This document shows positions 24,922-35,021 of a stretch of DNA of 64,000 bases, in pieces. Source of the stretch: Podarcis erhardii (taxonomy: Eukaryota). Both the position numbers and the translations under genes were made by a program. The notes below the pieces were generated by a model. That model worked only from the letters and a program-made list of their open reading frames with translations. It made no database searches and had not been told where the DNA came from. The stretch lies in NCBI GenBank assembly GCA_964252035.1, contig OZ176205.1; one strand, 5' to 3'. Every line of letters starts with the position of its first letter. The stretch's first letter is position 1.

Positions 24922-25034
24922 GTAACTGGGCTATTGTAGTGTGCTCTGTGTTGGGCAGCTTGTACAAAATGCGGTTGTTAGGTTGCTAATGGGAGCAGCC
25001 TATTGCAGTGCTGCAAAATCTCTGCTGAAAGATC

Positions 25035-25150
25035 AACACTGGCTGCCCATTTGCTACTGGGCCAGTTTTAAGATTCTGTTGTTATGTATAAAGCCCTGAA
25101 CAATTCAAGAAGACCTGAATCTATGCAGACCAGCCTGTCTGCTTAAATCT
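25035..25150 (+). mobile_element. L2-like LINE fragment (C-terminal ORF2 remnant)
   Basis: Translates as HWLPICYWASFKIL..YKAL, similar to the L2 motif HWLPxxxRIxFKxxxxxYKAL. Confidence 0.55.
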
Positions 25151-25221
25151 TAGGATGAGCTTCTCCTGGTTGAGCCACAGCCTGTGGAAATACATCTCCC
25201 AACGGAGAGTTGTAGAAAGTG

Positions 25222-25381
25222 AGTCCCAAAGAATCAGTATTTTGGGCCCTGTGCTGTTGAACTTGTTCACTGATGATCTAGAGAGTTAGGGCTCAGCAGT
25301 GAGGTAAAGTTTGCTGACGATGCCAAATTGTTCAGTGTGGTTAAAAAAGAGAGAGAGATTGTGAGGGGTTCAAAAAAGGAT
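25222..25381 (+). mobile_element. CR1 LINE reverse-transcriptase fragment (frameshifted)
   Basis: Remnants of GVPQGSxLGPVLFN and a clear KFADDAKLFSVVK (the FADD catalytic motif). Confidence 0.75.
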
Positions 25382-25619
25382 AGACAGAGGTAGAGGAAAA
25401 TGTGAACAATTGCAATTACACACAGTTTTGAGTATGGTTACGATTCAAAATGAGGGCGGAGGGGTTCAGGCAAGCCATAGTTGTGTGGAGTCAATACTAT
25501 ATAAGAAAATAAAGCATATTTGTTCCTGAAGAGCTGCTCAGTTGAAATCTCCTGCTACTTTTTATATGACAGCCTTCTGCTTCTACATCTTTGCTCTCCT
25601 TTTTCCTGGATGCTTTCAG

Positions 25620-25868
25620 GTTCAGTCCTTCCTGGAGAACCCTACCACATACCACCTGCAACGGTCACGAGACAAGAAGGTCCAAGAATTCCTGTCTGAA
25701 ACCTATGGGAACAAGTTTGCTCCACTGCTCAGCGCTCCGTCTCCTAAGCCTCCTCCTTCTGTCTCGCCTGGCGTGAGGCCAAGCCATGTCATGTCCTCCT
25801 CTGCCGGAAACAGTACCCCCAACAGTCCAATGGCAATGCTCAACATTGGCTCCAACCCAGAAAGGGAG
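25620..25868 (+). CDS. TFEB: TFEB coding exon 2 (83 aa: VQSFLENPTTYHLQ...SSSAGNSTPNSPMAMLNIGSNPERE), includes the S138/S142-equivalent phosphosite region and NES
   Basis: Translation matches the MiT/TFE motifs VQSxLENP and NSxPNSPMAML. Acceptor tttcAG ends at 25619. Donor GAG|GTGAGT at 25869. 249 nt, phase 0/0. Confidence 0.97.
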
Positions 25869-26403
25869 GTGAGTGAGTGGCTTCTATTCCTGGGGAACGG
25901 CGGATCTTTTGGGAGGGTTGGGAGATAATTCTGAACCCAGTTGTACTTTTCCTGGGACTGTACAGTAGGAAGTATTATGGGAAGTAGGAGCATTTGTTGT
26001 GGGGGAGTATTCAAGCCTGCAACCACCTCCCCTTTCTGCAAACTGAATTGAGAAGGCTCCACTATATAGTTGCACCGCATGATTCTCCTAGTTTTGCAGC
26101 TTCAAGTTTTAGAAAAGGGACAAAACGGAAGTCAGGTTTTTGTATCACTGTAGGAACTGTAATAAAGGAATATGTTGACTGTGGGGGAACTTTCATCTCC
26201 ATTCTTTTTTGGTAGGAGGTGCTGTAGGAACACATGAAAGAAGCAAACCTTTATAAGACTCACTTAAATCTGCAGTTGTGTTTCTCATGTTTCTGTATAT
26301 GGATTTTTAGTGAAAAAGTGTACATGGATTTTTAGTGAAAAAGTCGGTATTGACAGGATAGAGGAAATGGTTCTTATACCTCAAAGGCTACTTTTCCTTC
26401 CAG

Positions 26404-26484
26404 ATAGATGATGTCATTGAAGACATAATGCAGCTGACAACTACTGTGGGGTGCATTAATCCAGAAATTCATATGCCAAATACT
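26404..26484 (+). CDS. TFEB: TFEB coding exon 3 (27 aa: IDDVIEDIMQLTTTVGCINPEIHMPNT), acidic activation-domain exon
   Basis: Too short for the ORF track; read by hand. Acceptor ttccttccAG ends at 26403. Donor ACT|GTGAGT at 26485. 81 nt, matching the human exon LDDVIDNIMRLDDVLGYINPEMQMPNT (recalled) in length and flanks. Confidence 0.93.
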
Positions 26485-26976
26485 GTGAGTAACTCTGGTT
26501 TTTTGCTTGTTGTTGTCAGAAAGGGAGGGAATGGTGGAGAAAGGGAAGCTACAAGATCATCATCTCCTGGATGAATGGTGGTCAAACTATGAAAACTATC
26601 CTAATGGCGGGGGGGGGGGGGAATAAGCTGCACTGTGTCCATGCTGTGGGCCTATTGGGATGATAGTTTGGACAGCAACATACCCTGCTACAACATTAGC
26701 GGCTGTGGAGCCTCAAATGTTTTTTAAACCCTGGAAGTCAATACAGTTTTCTTGTATTCACATCACTGGGATGAAGCTGTCTGTCTGTAAATCAGAAGGT
26801 GCCAGAATGATGCCGTCTAGAAGTTGTTGGACTCCCAGGTTCCAGCCAGCCTGGCCAATTTATTTATTTAACCTGTATACCACTTTATATTTCAAGAAAT
26901 GCCAAAGCGGTCATGGATGGTGATGATAGCTGTGGTCCAACAACATATGGAGGGCACCCCCCACTTTGTAACCAGG

Positions 26977-27114
26977 AGCTCAGTCAGTAGAGCATGAAAC
27001 TCTTGATCTCAAGGTCATGGGTTTGAGCCCCACATTGGGCAAATGATTCCTGCACTGCAGGGGGTTGGACTAGATGACCCTTGTGGTTATTTCCAACTCT
27101 ACAGTACTGTGATT
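26977..27114 (+). mobile_element. tRNA-Lys(CTT)-derived SINE with CR1-like 3' tail
   Basis: AGCTCAGTCAGTAGAGCATGAAACTCTTGATCTCAAGGTCATGGGTTTGAGCCCCACATTGGGC resembles tRNA-Lys, followed by the CR1-type tail GGTTGGACTAGATGACC...TTCCAACTCT. Confidence 0.8.
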
Positions 27115-27187
27115 TTACTATGGTACTTTGCATCTGGCTGGAATCCCATTTTTTTAAAGTGCTTTGTTCCTTTCCTTTGTTTTCCAG

Positions 27188-27308
27188 CTGCCATTGTCCA
27201 GCAGCCACATGAATGTGTATAGCAGCGATCTTCAGATGACACCCTCTGTGGTGGGCATGACCAGCAGCTCCTGCCCGGCCGATCTGACGCAGAAGAGAGA
27301 GCTCACGG
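27188..27308 (+). CDS. TFEB: TFEB coding exon 4 (LPLSSSHMNVYSSDLQMTPSVVGMTSSSCPADLTQKRELT+1 nt), contains the S211-equivalent 14-3-3 site (S204, codon 27269-27271)
   Basis: TSSSCPADL motif. Acceptor tttccAG ends at 27187. Donor CGG|GTAATT at 27309. 121 nt, phase 0/1. Confidence 0.97.
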
Positions 27309-27518
27309 GTAATTTGGCAGGGCTTATGATCCTTGGATCCATGCCTGAGTTGATGTGTTGGGGCCGTATCCAGCCCCAGCTTTGACTCAGGTTGTAGGCC
27401 ACTGGGAGGTCTGTTTTCATATGCGCACGTGAGCATATATGCACATGCACATGTGCAACAGCACTCTTGTTTCTCTTGACCCACTGCTTTGCTTGACAGC
27501 TTGGTCTTTTGTCTCTAG

Positions 27519-27575
27519 ATGCAGAGAACCGTGCATTGGCGAAGGAACGCCAGAAGAAGGACAATCACAATCTGA
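27519..27575 (+). CDS. TFEB: TFEB coding exon 5 (D-AENRALAKERQKKDNHNL), start of basic region
   Basis: Canonical MiT basic region ALAKERQKKDNHNL. Acceptor tctctAG ends at 27518. Donor TGA|GTGAGT at 27576. 57 nt, phase 1/1. Confidence 0.97.
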   Translation: MQRTVHWRRNARRRTITI

Positions 27576-28926
27576 GTGAGTGGTGCTTGGTTAAAACCAT
27601 GTGGCCTGAACGTCTTCCCAAAATGTCTTCAGTGATCCCTGCTCTGTTCCTCCTTATTCCTTCTAGAGAAGTTATGAGAAATCTCTTTCTTTCATGGGCA
27701 GTGTGGCAACCCAGTGTGTACTGGCTTCTTTCAGAAGAAATACTGTCTTGCAGGAGTCTTAAAATTTCACTCCTTTGTTAATGCAAGTATCTGACTGTCT
27801 TGGTGCAGAGAAGGACTCCAGAATGTGGAGGTGTTAGGAACACTCTGTACCTGTTGCATATGCACAGAGCTGGGTCTGTCTTCATGTGGACTTTTTGTGT
27901 TTTAGTCTTCTACCGTCAGCCATTCAACTTGGAACAAAAGGGTGCTCATATATCCAGCAAGCCTTTTTATCACCTGAGTGGTTCATAGAAGGCATGGGGT
28001 TTTGAGGTGGGCAGCTATTTCCAACACTGCTAAAGCATGGATTCATGTAATTATGCTGCCTTGGTCTGGAAGAAATCAGCAACTGCAACTTTGTGTTTCT
28101 TCTTACATTTCATTTCAAAAGCAGACACCTGTTTTAATATAATAAGCTATAAGAATGGAAGACAATCAGTTCGGTGCTGCTGCTCTTGGGATAAAGAAAG
28201 AAAGCCATGATGCCAATCTGGGAAATGACCATTTTAGTCACGGTGTTACCTGGATGTTTTTGGAGGAGAAATTTTTGGTCATATGTAGTATAATATTTGT
28301 ATTGGTTTATTTAAAAATATGCAAGCAGCGTATAAATGAAAGCAATTAGCATATTAACTCCAAACAGACAGAGGATCCATTAGCTAAAACAGCCAGCCAG
28401 AAAAAGGCATTCTGAACTGCAAGTTATTTCTATCCTATTGGCTAACTCTGTCTCTAATTGTGACCTTCTTTCTGCTACACCAAAACTGCTTTTTTTTTGT
28501 TATGCACACTGCATATACTTGCAAATATGTATGCACACAGTCACTGTGTGTGTGTTTTTGGATGCAAATACATGCAGCTTTAGGATTGTATCCAAGGCTG
28601 CACAGGCAGTGTTACACTTGCACAATGAGATTTCCTTCTCCTCTCCCCCACATACCTCCCAAAACTACTCCAGAGGGTCCCCCAAACCTGTTAAAAAGAT
28701 TCTGAGGGTGTGGGGGGTGCTACAAGAGAGAGGAGGGGAAGTTCTGTTGCATAAGTGGAACTCCCTTGAGTGAGTGGAATGGCAACATTAGATACAGTTC
28801 TCAATTGTTTCATAATTTCTTTCATCAGATTATATTTATTCCTTTATTCTGGCACCTTTGTGTTCATTTTTTATTGTATACTTTAATAAATGTTCCATTT
28901 CTCCACTATTTTTGTTGTTCTCTTAG

Positions 28927-29002
28927 TTGAAAGAAGACGAAGGTTCAACATCAATGATCGCATTAAGGAACTAGGAATGCTGATCCCCAAAGCTGGAGAC
29001 CT
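28927..29002 (+). CDS. TFEB: TFEB coding exon 6 ([26 protein letters not shown]), basic/helix 1
   Basis: Read by hand. Acceptor tcttAG ends at 28926. Donor CCT|GTAAGT at 29003. 76 nt, phase 1/2. Contains the [16 protein letters not shown] bHLH signature. Confidence 0.97.
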
Positions 29003-29389
29003 GTAAGTTGTGCTCAAATGTTCAATTATCCTAATGCCTCCTGAAGAGCCACGAAGGACCTCATGCTCTGAAACAGGCAACGGGAATAAAACCTTCTGGG
29101 AAATCATTTTTCCATATTCATTGAAAACACTACTTTCACTTCTGCCCCCCCAAATATTCACAACACACCTTTTGTCTCAGCTAAAATTCCAAACTTCTTT
29201 AAGCCTTAAAGAAAAGATTTGTTAGAGGCAGATAAAACTTAGTATAATGGCACAAATGTTTGAGCTTTCCTCCCTTCATTTGTGTTTCAACACTAATTAT
29301 GCTCTGAGCATAATTGCCTCCAGAACTTTCCTGAATCTGGAAGTCATGCTTTTATTCTCTTAACATTCTGCTCCTATGTCTTCTTCCAG

Positions 29390-29537
29390 GGATGTGCGCT
29401 GGAACAAAGGGACAATCCTGAAAGCCTCTGTTGATTACATCAGGAGGATGCAGAAAGACTTGCAAAGGTCACGAGATCTTGAGAATCATTCTCGGCACCT
29501 GGAAATGGCAAACAAGCAGCTCTGGCTCCGCATACAG
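29390..29537 (+). CDS. TFEB: TFEB coding exon 7 ([49 protein letters not shown]), helix 2 / leucine zipper
   Basis: [15 protein letters not shown] motif. Acceptor ttccAG ends at 29389. Donor CAG|GTGAGT at 29538. 148 nt, phase 2/0. Confidence 0.97.
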
Positions 29538-29786
29538 GTGAGTCCCCATCTTTTTGTCTTGTGCTCGCACCTCCTAAATCTCTTATGTGCATATAGCAAC
29601 TGCCTTCATTTTACTCATTCATTCCTTCAACCATCACTTTCCTCATCCCTACCCCCGTTCCAGTTGGTAGCCCTGTCTCATAATCTTGTGACAGATAGGT
29701 AGCCGTGTTGGTCTGCCATGGTCAAAACAAAATAAAAAATTTTTTCTTTCCAGTAGCACCTTAAAGACCAACTGAGTTAGTTCTAG

Positions 29787-29824
29787 GTATGAGCTTTCGT
29801 GTGCATGCACACTTCTTCAGATAC
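29787..29824 (-). ncRNA. Minimal type-I hammerhead ribozyme motif (- strand mirror copy)
   Basis: Exact reverse complement of 29830-29867 within the left arm of the palindrome. Confidence 0.65.
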
Positions 29825-29829
29825 ACAGT

Positions 29830-29867
29830 GTATCTGAAGAAGTGTGCATGCACACGAAAGCTCATAC
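29830..29867 (+). ncRNA. Minimal type-I hammerhead ribozyme motif (+ strand)
   Basis: GUAU-CUGAAGA-A-GUGUGC(AU)GCACAC-GAA-AGCU-C-AUAC: stem I GUAU/AUAC, core CUGANGA, 6-bp stem II, GAAA, palindromic AGCU stem III, CUC cleavage triplet. Confidence 0.65.
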
Positions 29868-30130
29868 CTAGAACTAACTCAGTTGGTCTTTAAGGTGCTA
29901 CTGGAAAGAAAATTTTTTTTATTTTGTTTTGACCATAATCTTGTGCTCAGGGAATAGATGAGAGAGGTTCTCAACCTTGGCTTCAAAGCTGATTCTTACT
30001 GTGGCCTTCACCCTCATGAAAGCATTACTGCCATTAGTAATGCCTATTGGAACTTTGGGTGGGTGGGTGGAGATCATGTTGATTGCTCACCTGTTGGACT
30101 GTTGTCATGTTTGTGTGCCTTGTCCTAAAG

Positions 30131-30586
30131 GAGCTGGAGATGCAGGCCCGAGTCCATGGCCTTCCAACTGCTTCACCTTCTGGCTTGAACATGGCTGAAC
30201 TTGCTCAGCAAGTTGTGAAGCAAGAAACCCCTGGAGAAGAGGACACAACAGAGATCCAACCGCCACCGCAGCCGCCACTCCACCCTGAGCAGGAGGCTCA
30301 GCAGCACCAGCCTCACTTTGCTCCTCCTCAGTCCCCTTACCACCAGCTGGACTTCACTCACGGCCTGAGCTTTGACGACAACTCGAGAGGCTTCCACGAC
30401 CCTCTGGACCCCAGCCAAAATGTCTCCTTCCCTTCCCTGTCCAAGAAGGAGCTGGACTTGATGCTGATGGAGGATACCATGCTGCCCATGGCATCTGACC
30501 CCTTGTTCTCTGCCGTGTCCCCGGAGGCTTCAAAGGCTAGCAGTCGCAGAAGCAGCTTCAGCATGGAGGACACAGATATGCTGTGA
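30131..30586 (+). CDS. TFEB: TFEB coding exon 8 (terminal; ELEMQARVHG...SKASSRRSSFSMEDTDML*, 151 aa)
   Basis: ELEMQARVHGLPT start and conserved SRRSSFSM C-terminal phosphosite cluster. Acceptor cctaaAG ends at 30130. Stop TGA at 30584-30586, followed by a second TGA. Total CDS 1386 nt = 461 aa. Confidence 0.97.
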   Translation, partial: ELEMQARVHGLPTASPSGLNMAELAQQVVKQETPGEEDTTEIQPPPQPPLHPEQEAQQHQPHFAPPQSPYHQLDFTHGLSFDDNSRGFHDPLDPSQNVSFPSLSKKELDLMLMEDTMLPMASDPLFSAVSPEASKASSRRSSFSMEDTDML

Positions 30587-31239
30587 TGAGAAGCTTCTAA
30601 GGCAGAAAAGACTTGGAGTCAAAATATTGTTTGTTTTCTGAAGATTCGTCCCTCTGCCTTATCCCTGCAGGCTTACTCAAAGGGCATATGAGACTGAACA
30701 GAGATGCTCCTGAAATAGGAGATTGTGTTTGTGTGTGCGCGTGGGGTAGGAAATGCTCCGCACAAAGCTCACCCCAGCTCTTGGAATGTTACCCCTAAGT
30801 TTCTCTTTGCCTTGATTTGCCAAACACCCCCCCACCCCCAAGCAGCCTTGCCTCCTCTGCCGTGACCACGGGATGATCATGGTTTTCTTATGGCCCCTTT
30901 ATGGCCTTTCAGATCCCTGCAGGTGTATCTCAGGGCCCTGTGCCTTTAATACTACGTGTCCTGCAGATCCAGTTTGAGCATTTATGCAACAATGTGATTT
31001 TAGTGTTGACGGCTGGGTGGCAGCTTGTCCTGTTTGAGAAGCAGCTTTAACCAAGGCTTGGTGCTAATCTCTTTTTCTTCTTGAGGGACTAGCACATCCC
31101 TTAAGCCTCACTGTGCCCCCTGTTCCTTTTTAAGCACCGCCTTATGAGAAACTGTTCTTAAAGGTGGGATATAAGTTTGCTAAATAAATAAAACTCCTGT
31201 TGTCATGCTGACTCCCATATTGGGGCTCCTTTCCTTATA

Positions 31240-31447
31240 CAGTGGTACCTCTGGTTGCGCACGCTCCGGGTTACGAGTTCCGCTAACCCGGAATTAGCCG
31301 CTCCTGGTTGCAAACTTTGCCCCAGGATGCGAGTGGAAATCGCGTGCCAGGGGCGCCATTAGCAAAAGCGCGCCTGAGGTTGAGAACGGTTTCTGGTTGC
31401 GAACAAACCTCCGGAACGGATTCTGTTCATAACCAGAGGTACCACTG
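31240..31447 (+). mobile_element. Tc1/mariner (Tigger-like) MITE downstream of the TFEB stop
   Basis: TA|CAGTGGTACCTCTGGTT...AACCAGAGGTACCACTG|TA; internally similar to the 15227 copy. Confidence 0.9.
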
Positions 31448-33728
31448 TACAGGGCAGGGATATCCAGTAGACCCTGCAAGATAGTGTGGTGCTACCACTT
31501 AGCAGTGTGGTGCGATGGGTGGTGATTTTGTATCAATTCTTTGGAGAGATGGAAGGATAATGTGATTGCTCTTGCAGAGCTTTATCCCACTTGGGTCAGA
31601 AGCCCAAGTGGGATAAAGGCAGCCTTAATTAACTTTTTGACGGCTTTCAAAATGCACACTCCATTAGATTTCGATTAGACCTTTAGTCTGAGTTGTCCAA
31701 AGCTCGGCCTGTTGATGGCTAATTTTGGCTTGTGTCCATCCTCCATTTTAATCTTTTTGACTGTCATCCTGGGGTGCATGTGTGCACCTTGATATATTTC
31801 AAACTATTACCATCATTCACCTAGCAAAATGGGTAAGCTGTCTTTCCATTTAAAACCACTGCTAGCTGTAGCAAAAAAAATCTTGCAAAGTATCTCCAGC
31901 TGCATGCTTGCTTTCCCACCACCACCCATGTGTATGGTAGTTGAGGACTGAGGCCACAGCCCATCAGTCTAGCTGGCAGCAGCTCAATCTGTGGCCCCTT
32001 CATGCTGGATGCCATACATCAGTAACTTGGCTACCAATGAATACATTTTTTAAAAACCTTACAAATTCCATCCTGTGTCCCTAAGCCCTCCTTGTCCCTG
32101 AAAGGAGCTCAAAGAATCTTCCTTTGCACCAGTTTGATTAAGCTTCTTCAGCTAAGCTAGTACAAACTCTAGTGTGGTTCTGAGCACATTTGTTTTAAAC
32201 TGATTTTAATATTGTATTTTTAAATTGCTGTAACCTGCCCTGGGACCTTATGGCAAAGGGCGAGTAAGAAATCAAATTAATCATAATAATAACAATACAT
32301 ACATACATTCACTTATGCCTCTTTATTTTGGAATGTATGTATCACTCTCCCACTACATGTGCAAATGTTTGGTGCGCTTATTTCCAGAAACAACTGCAAA
32401 TCAAAATGCCATGAAAAGCTGCTATTATTTGTGGCCTGCTACTGTTAAGTGGTTAACACAAGTTGGTAGTTTGCACATGGACTTATATCCGTGGTGGGGA
32501 ACACCACAAGCATACACAACTCTCCTGACCTTGCATTTCCTATCCTGGACACCCTCTTATACAATTCAAATTAAGATGGAGACATTGCAGCAAGGAATTT
32601 TCTCCCCCCCCCCATTGTCAAACAATGTATGAATGAGAAGTAAACCAAGGTGTGTGCCTTGGTTTACTTCACAGCTTTATTTGAGTGTTTTGGCAACTGC
32701 TATCTCCTAGAACTGATAAGATCACCAGCTTTTTCTTTTTGCAGCCTAAGTTCTCTGCACCTCACTCTTCCAGGCAGTCTTGGGCAGGTCTCAGAGTAAC
32801 TAGATTTTATGCCTACCATCAGTGCTTCAATGTCTCAGGGCATTTTGGTCAGGGCTCAATAATCCTTCCAGTCACTTAGGAATTGTGGTGCTTTGCAGGT
32901 CCAGCCCATTAGTGCCTGACATTATCTGTCCTTGACCAGCCCCTGGTAGCTGTGGCTGAATTGTCTGCTCTACATTTCTTCAGCCCCACCGGTAACTCAG
33001 GAAGTTCAAAAGAAGCAAGGACCTCCTTTCTGACTGCTTGGCACCTTGTATGTTGCATCAGATGAAAATCCTCTATTGCACTGCGAGCTGCTTCACGTGT
33101 ACATTGCAGAGAGACTTGGCCTGATGTTTTTGGCAAGAGCAATATGCTTGGTTGTGCTTGAATGTAAATAATCACAGATTGATCAATGTTCAGTGGCCTT
33201 AGGGTAGATTGCTGCCACAGGGCTTGTAAGCATGGGTCTGAGCACTTTTGCCTTCATCCCTTTCCATTGGAAAACCCGCTCTTTAACACTAAATTGGAAC
33301 AAATACCAATCTGTGGAAGACCTGGTTGCTGTTTGTTCTGATTCTGTGCTAAACCATGGGTTTTCCCTGGGGGAAAGTGGCAGGGCATGGATGAGCCTCT
33401 AGTGTCACCAAGCCTGTGAAGTTAGGAGACTTTGGCTCCAACTGAATCTCAGTTCCTTGGTTAAGTTGCTCTGTGTGTGATAGAGATATTTTGGAGAAGC
33501 AAGTGGAAACATCTAGTCACATGGGGACAGGGACATGTTGTGTTTGTGAGCCTGGGCATGTGTCAAGTGATACTGTTCGGATTATTACATTTAGCTTCTT
33601 AAGTCTTCTCTAGTCTTTTTGGACTTGCAGTGTGCATGCCTTAACAGTATCTAGAATCTGCTTCTCATTTTGGATCTATGGAGAAAGGAAGCTCTGACTT
33701 CTTCTCAGAATGCTTATTGACATATTTG

Positions 33729-33910
33729 GAGAGCCCATGGTTCAGTGGAAGAGCTCGTGCTCTGCATGCAAAAGATCCCAAAAGGGTCAAGTAGGAGGTG
33801 ATGCAAGAAACCTCAGCTTGAGAACTTGAAGAGCCTCCTGCTAGTCAGAGCAGACAAGACTTGAGCTAGATGGACCCAAGTATCTGACCGGGTTATATGT
33901 CAACTTCCTC
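33729..33910 (+). mobile_element. Squam3-like SINE (degenerate)
   Basis: CCATGGTTCAGTGGAAGAGC...TGCATGCAAAAGATCCC head and TGAGCTAGATGGACC tail. Confidence 0.6.
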
Positions 33911-35021
33911 TATTAAACAACTGAGGAAAAACCAGAACGAAAGGGAACTAACTTTAGCATTTCAGGTAACAGCTTCCTTTTTCTCTGAAACATTTTTTTT
34001 TTTTTTTGGTAGAGATTTCAATTCCATAACCATGAGCCATCTGCCAAAGAGCCACCAGCATATTCCTTTCAGACAAAGCAGTGCCTTCAGTCTCCAGTGC
34101 TTCTGTAGTTTTGTAGGGTTTTTCTGCACAATCGGTCAAACAAAGTTCTAGCTGTATATTTAGCTATTTATGATGCTCTTGCAAGTCCTCCCCACTCACC
34201 TTCTTACAATGTTCCATCTGTGCACTCTAGAAATGAGGGAGGTAGACATATGTAGGAGAGGGAAAGGACACAACATCCAAAGATTATTTTTTAAAAAACT
34301 CAGCTAAACAAAATAATGGTGTGTAGCCTTTCTGGGATTTGCTACTTTTTTAAAAAAAATTGGCTAGATGACTACTCAATTGGTGAAGCTGTACAGCAAG
34401 GGACTGTACAGCCTTCAAAGAGTGAAAATAATAAACAACCCAAAAGTTCACAAATTGGTGTCTGCCTGGAGGGAGAGTAAATCACTAGTCAGTCATCACT
34501 TATCCAGTAGAAGCATGTGACATGCTTGCAAGCAAATTCCATGCAGCAGTCACATAATCAGCAGATGCGCTGCTGAGGGAAGGTGGTACTTCTTTCTCCA
34601 AGCTACCTGCTGAATTTTATCTGCAGCAAAATTCAGGTGGGGAGTATGTGGCTCTGCCTCCAGCAGATTGGAATATTTCAAAAATGAGGAATTTGGTAAA
34701 ACCACTTAGACAACTCAGCTCCAAGTTCACCCAGGGCTTGTTTTAGTGTTTTCAGTGCCACAGCAATGAGCATTTTGTATCACTGAGGTATCTGTATTCT
34801 GAAAACATTGCAATCCTTTTGTGACAAAGCACCTTCTGCAAACGCATGCAGTGTCGCAGTTTTGTGCCACAGTAACCCATTTAAAACTGATCTGATTGTT
34901 TTCCAATTCACTTCTGTTGCTTCTCAGTCAGAAGAACAGAAGATTTAAGGCTATGTGAACATCTGTGCAAGAAAACAGCGAATCAGAACTGAGCAGATTT
35001 TCATCAACAGATCATGTAGGA

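Larger units (their letters stand above)
29691..29935. mobile_element. Penelope-like element terminus arranged as an inverted duplication
   Basis: Begins with GTAGCCGTGTTGGTCTG and contains CAGTAGCACCTTAAAGACC...GAGCTTTCGTG, typical of sauropsid Penelope-type ends (recalled). Arms 29718-29826 and 29828-29936 are reverse complements with 2 mismatches. Direct repeat (CA)TAATCTTGTG flanks it at 29679-29690 and 29934-29945. Confidence 0.8.

Noticed and set aside
26977-27040. Apparent tRNA-Lys(CTT) gene
   Set aside because: The 5' acceptor stem is missing, the anticodon arm and B box are mutated, and it runs straight into a CR1-type tail, so it is a SINE head.
27497-27518. Upstream AG that might mimic the MITF exon 6a 18-nt alternative acceptor
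   Set aside because: The offset is 19 nt (27500 versus 27519), which would frameshift, so it is not equivalent.
31183-31192. AATAAA pair as the definitive TFEB poly(A) signal
   Set aside because: It is embedded in a GGTGGGATATAAG...(TAAA)n retroelement tail. It may be used but cannot be called from sequence alone.
18418-33100. CLEAR elements (GTCACGTGAC) for TFEB autoregulation
   Set aside because: Only bare CACGTG cores were seen (e.g. 18418, 24913, ~33094), none with full CLEAR flanks. My scan was by eye and not exhaustive.
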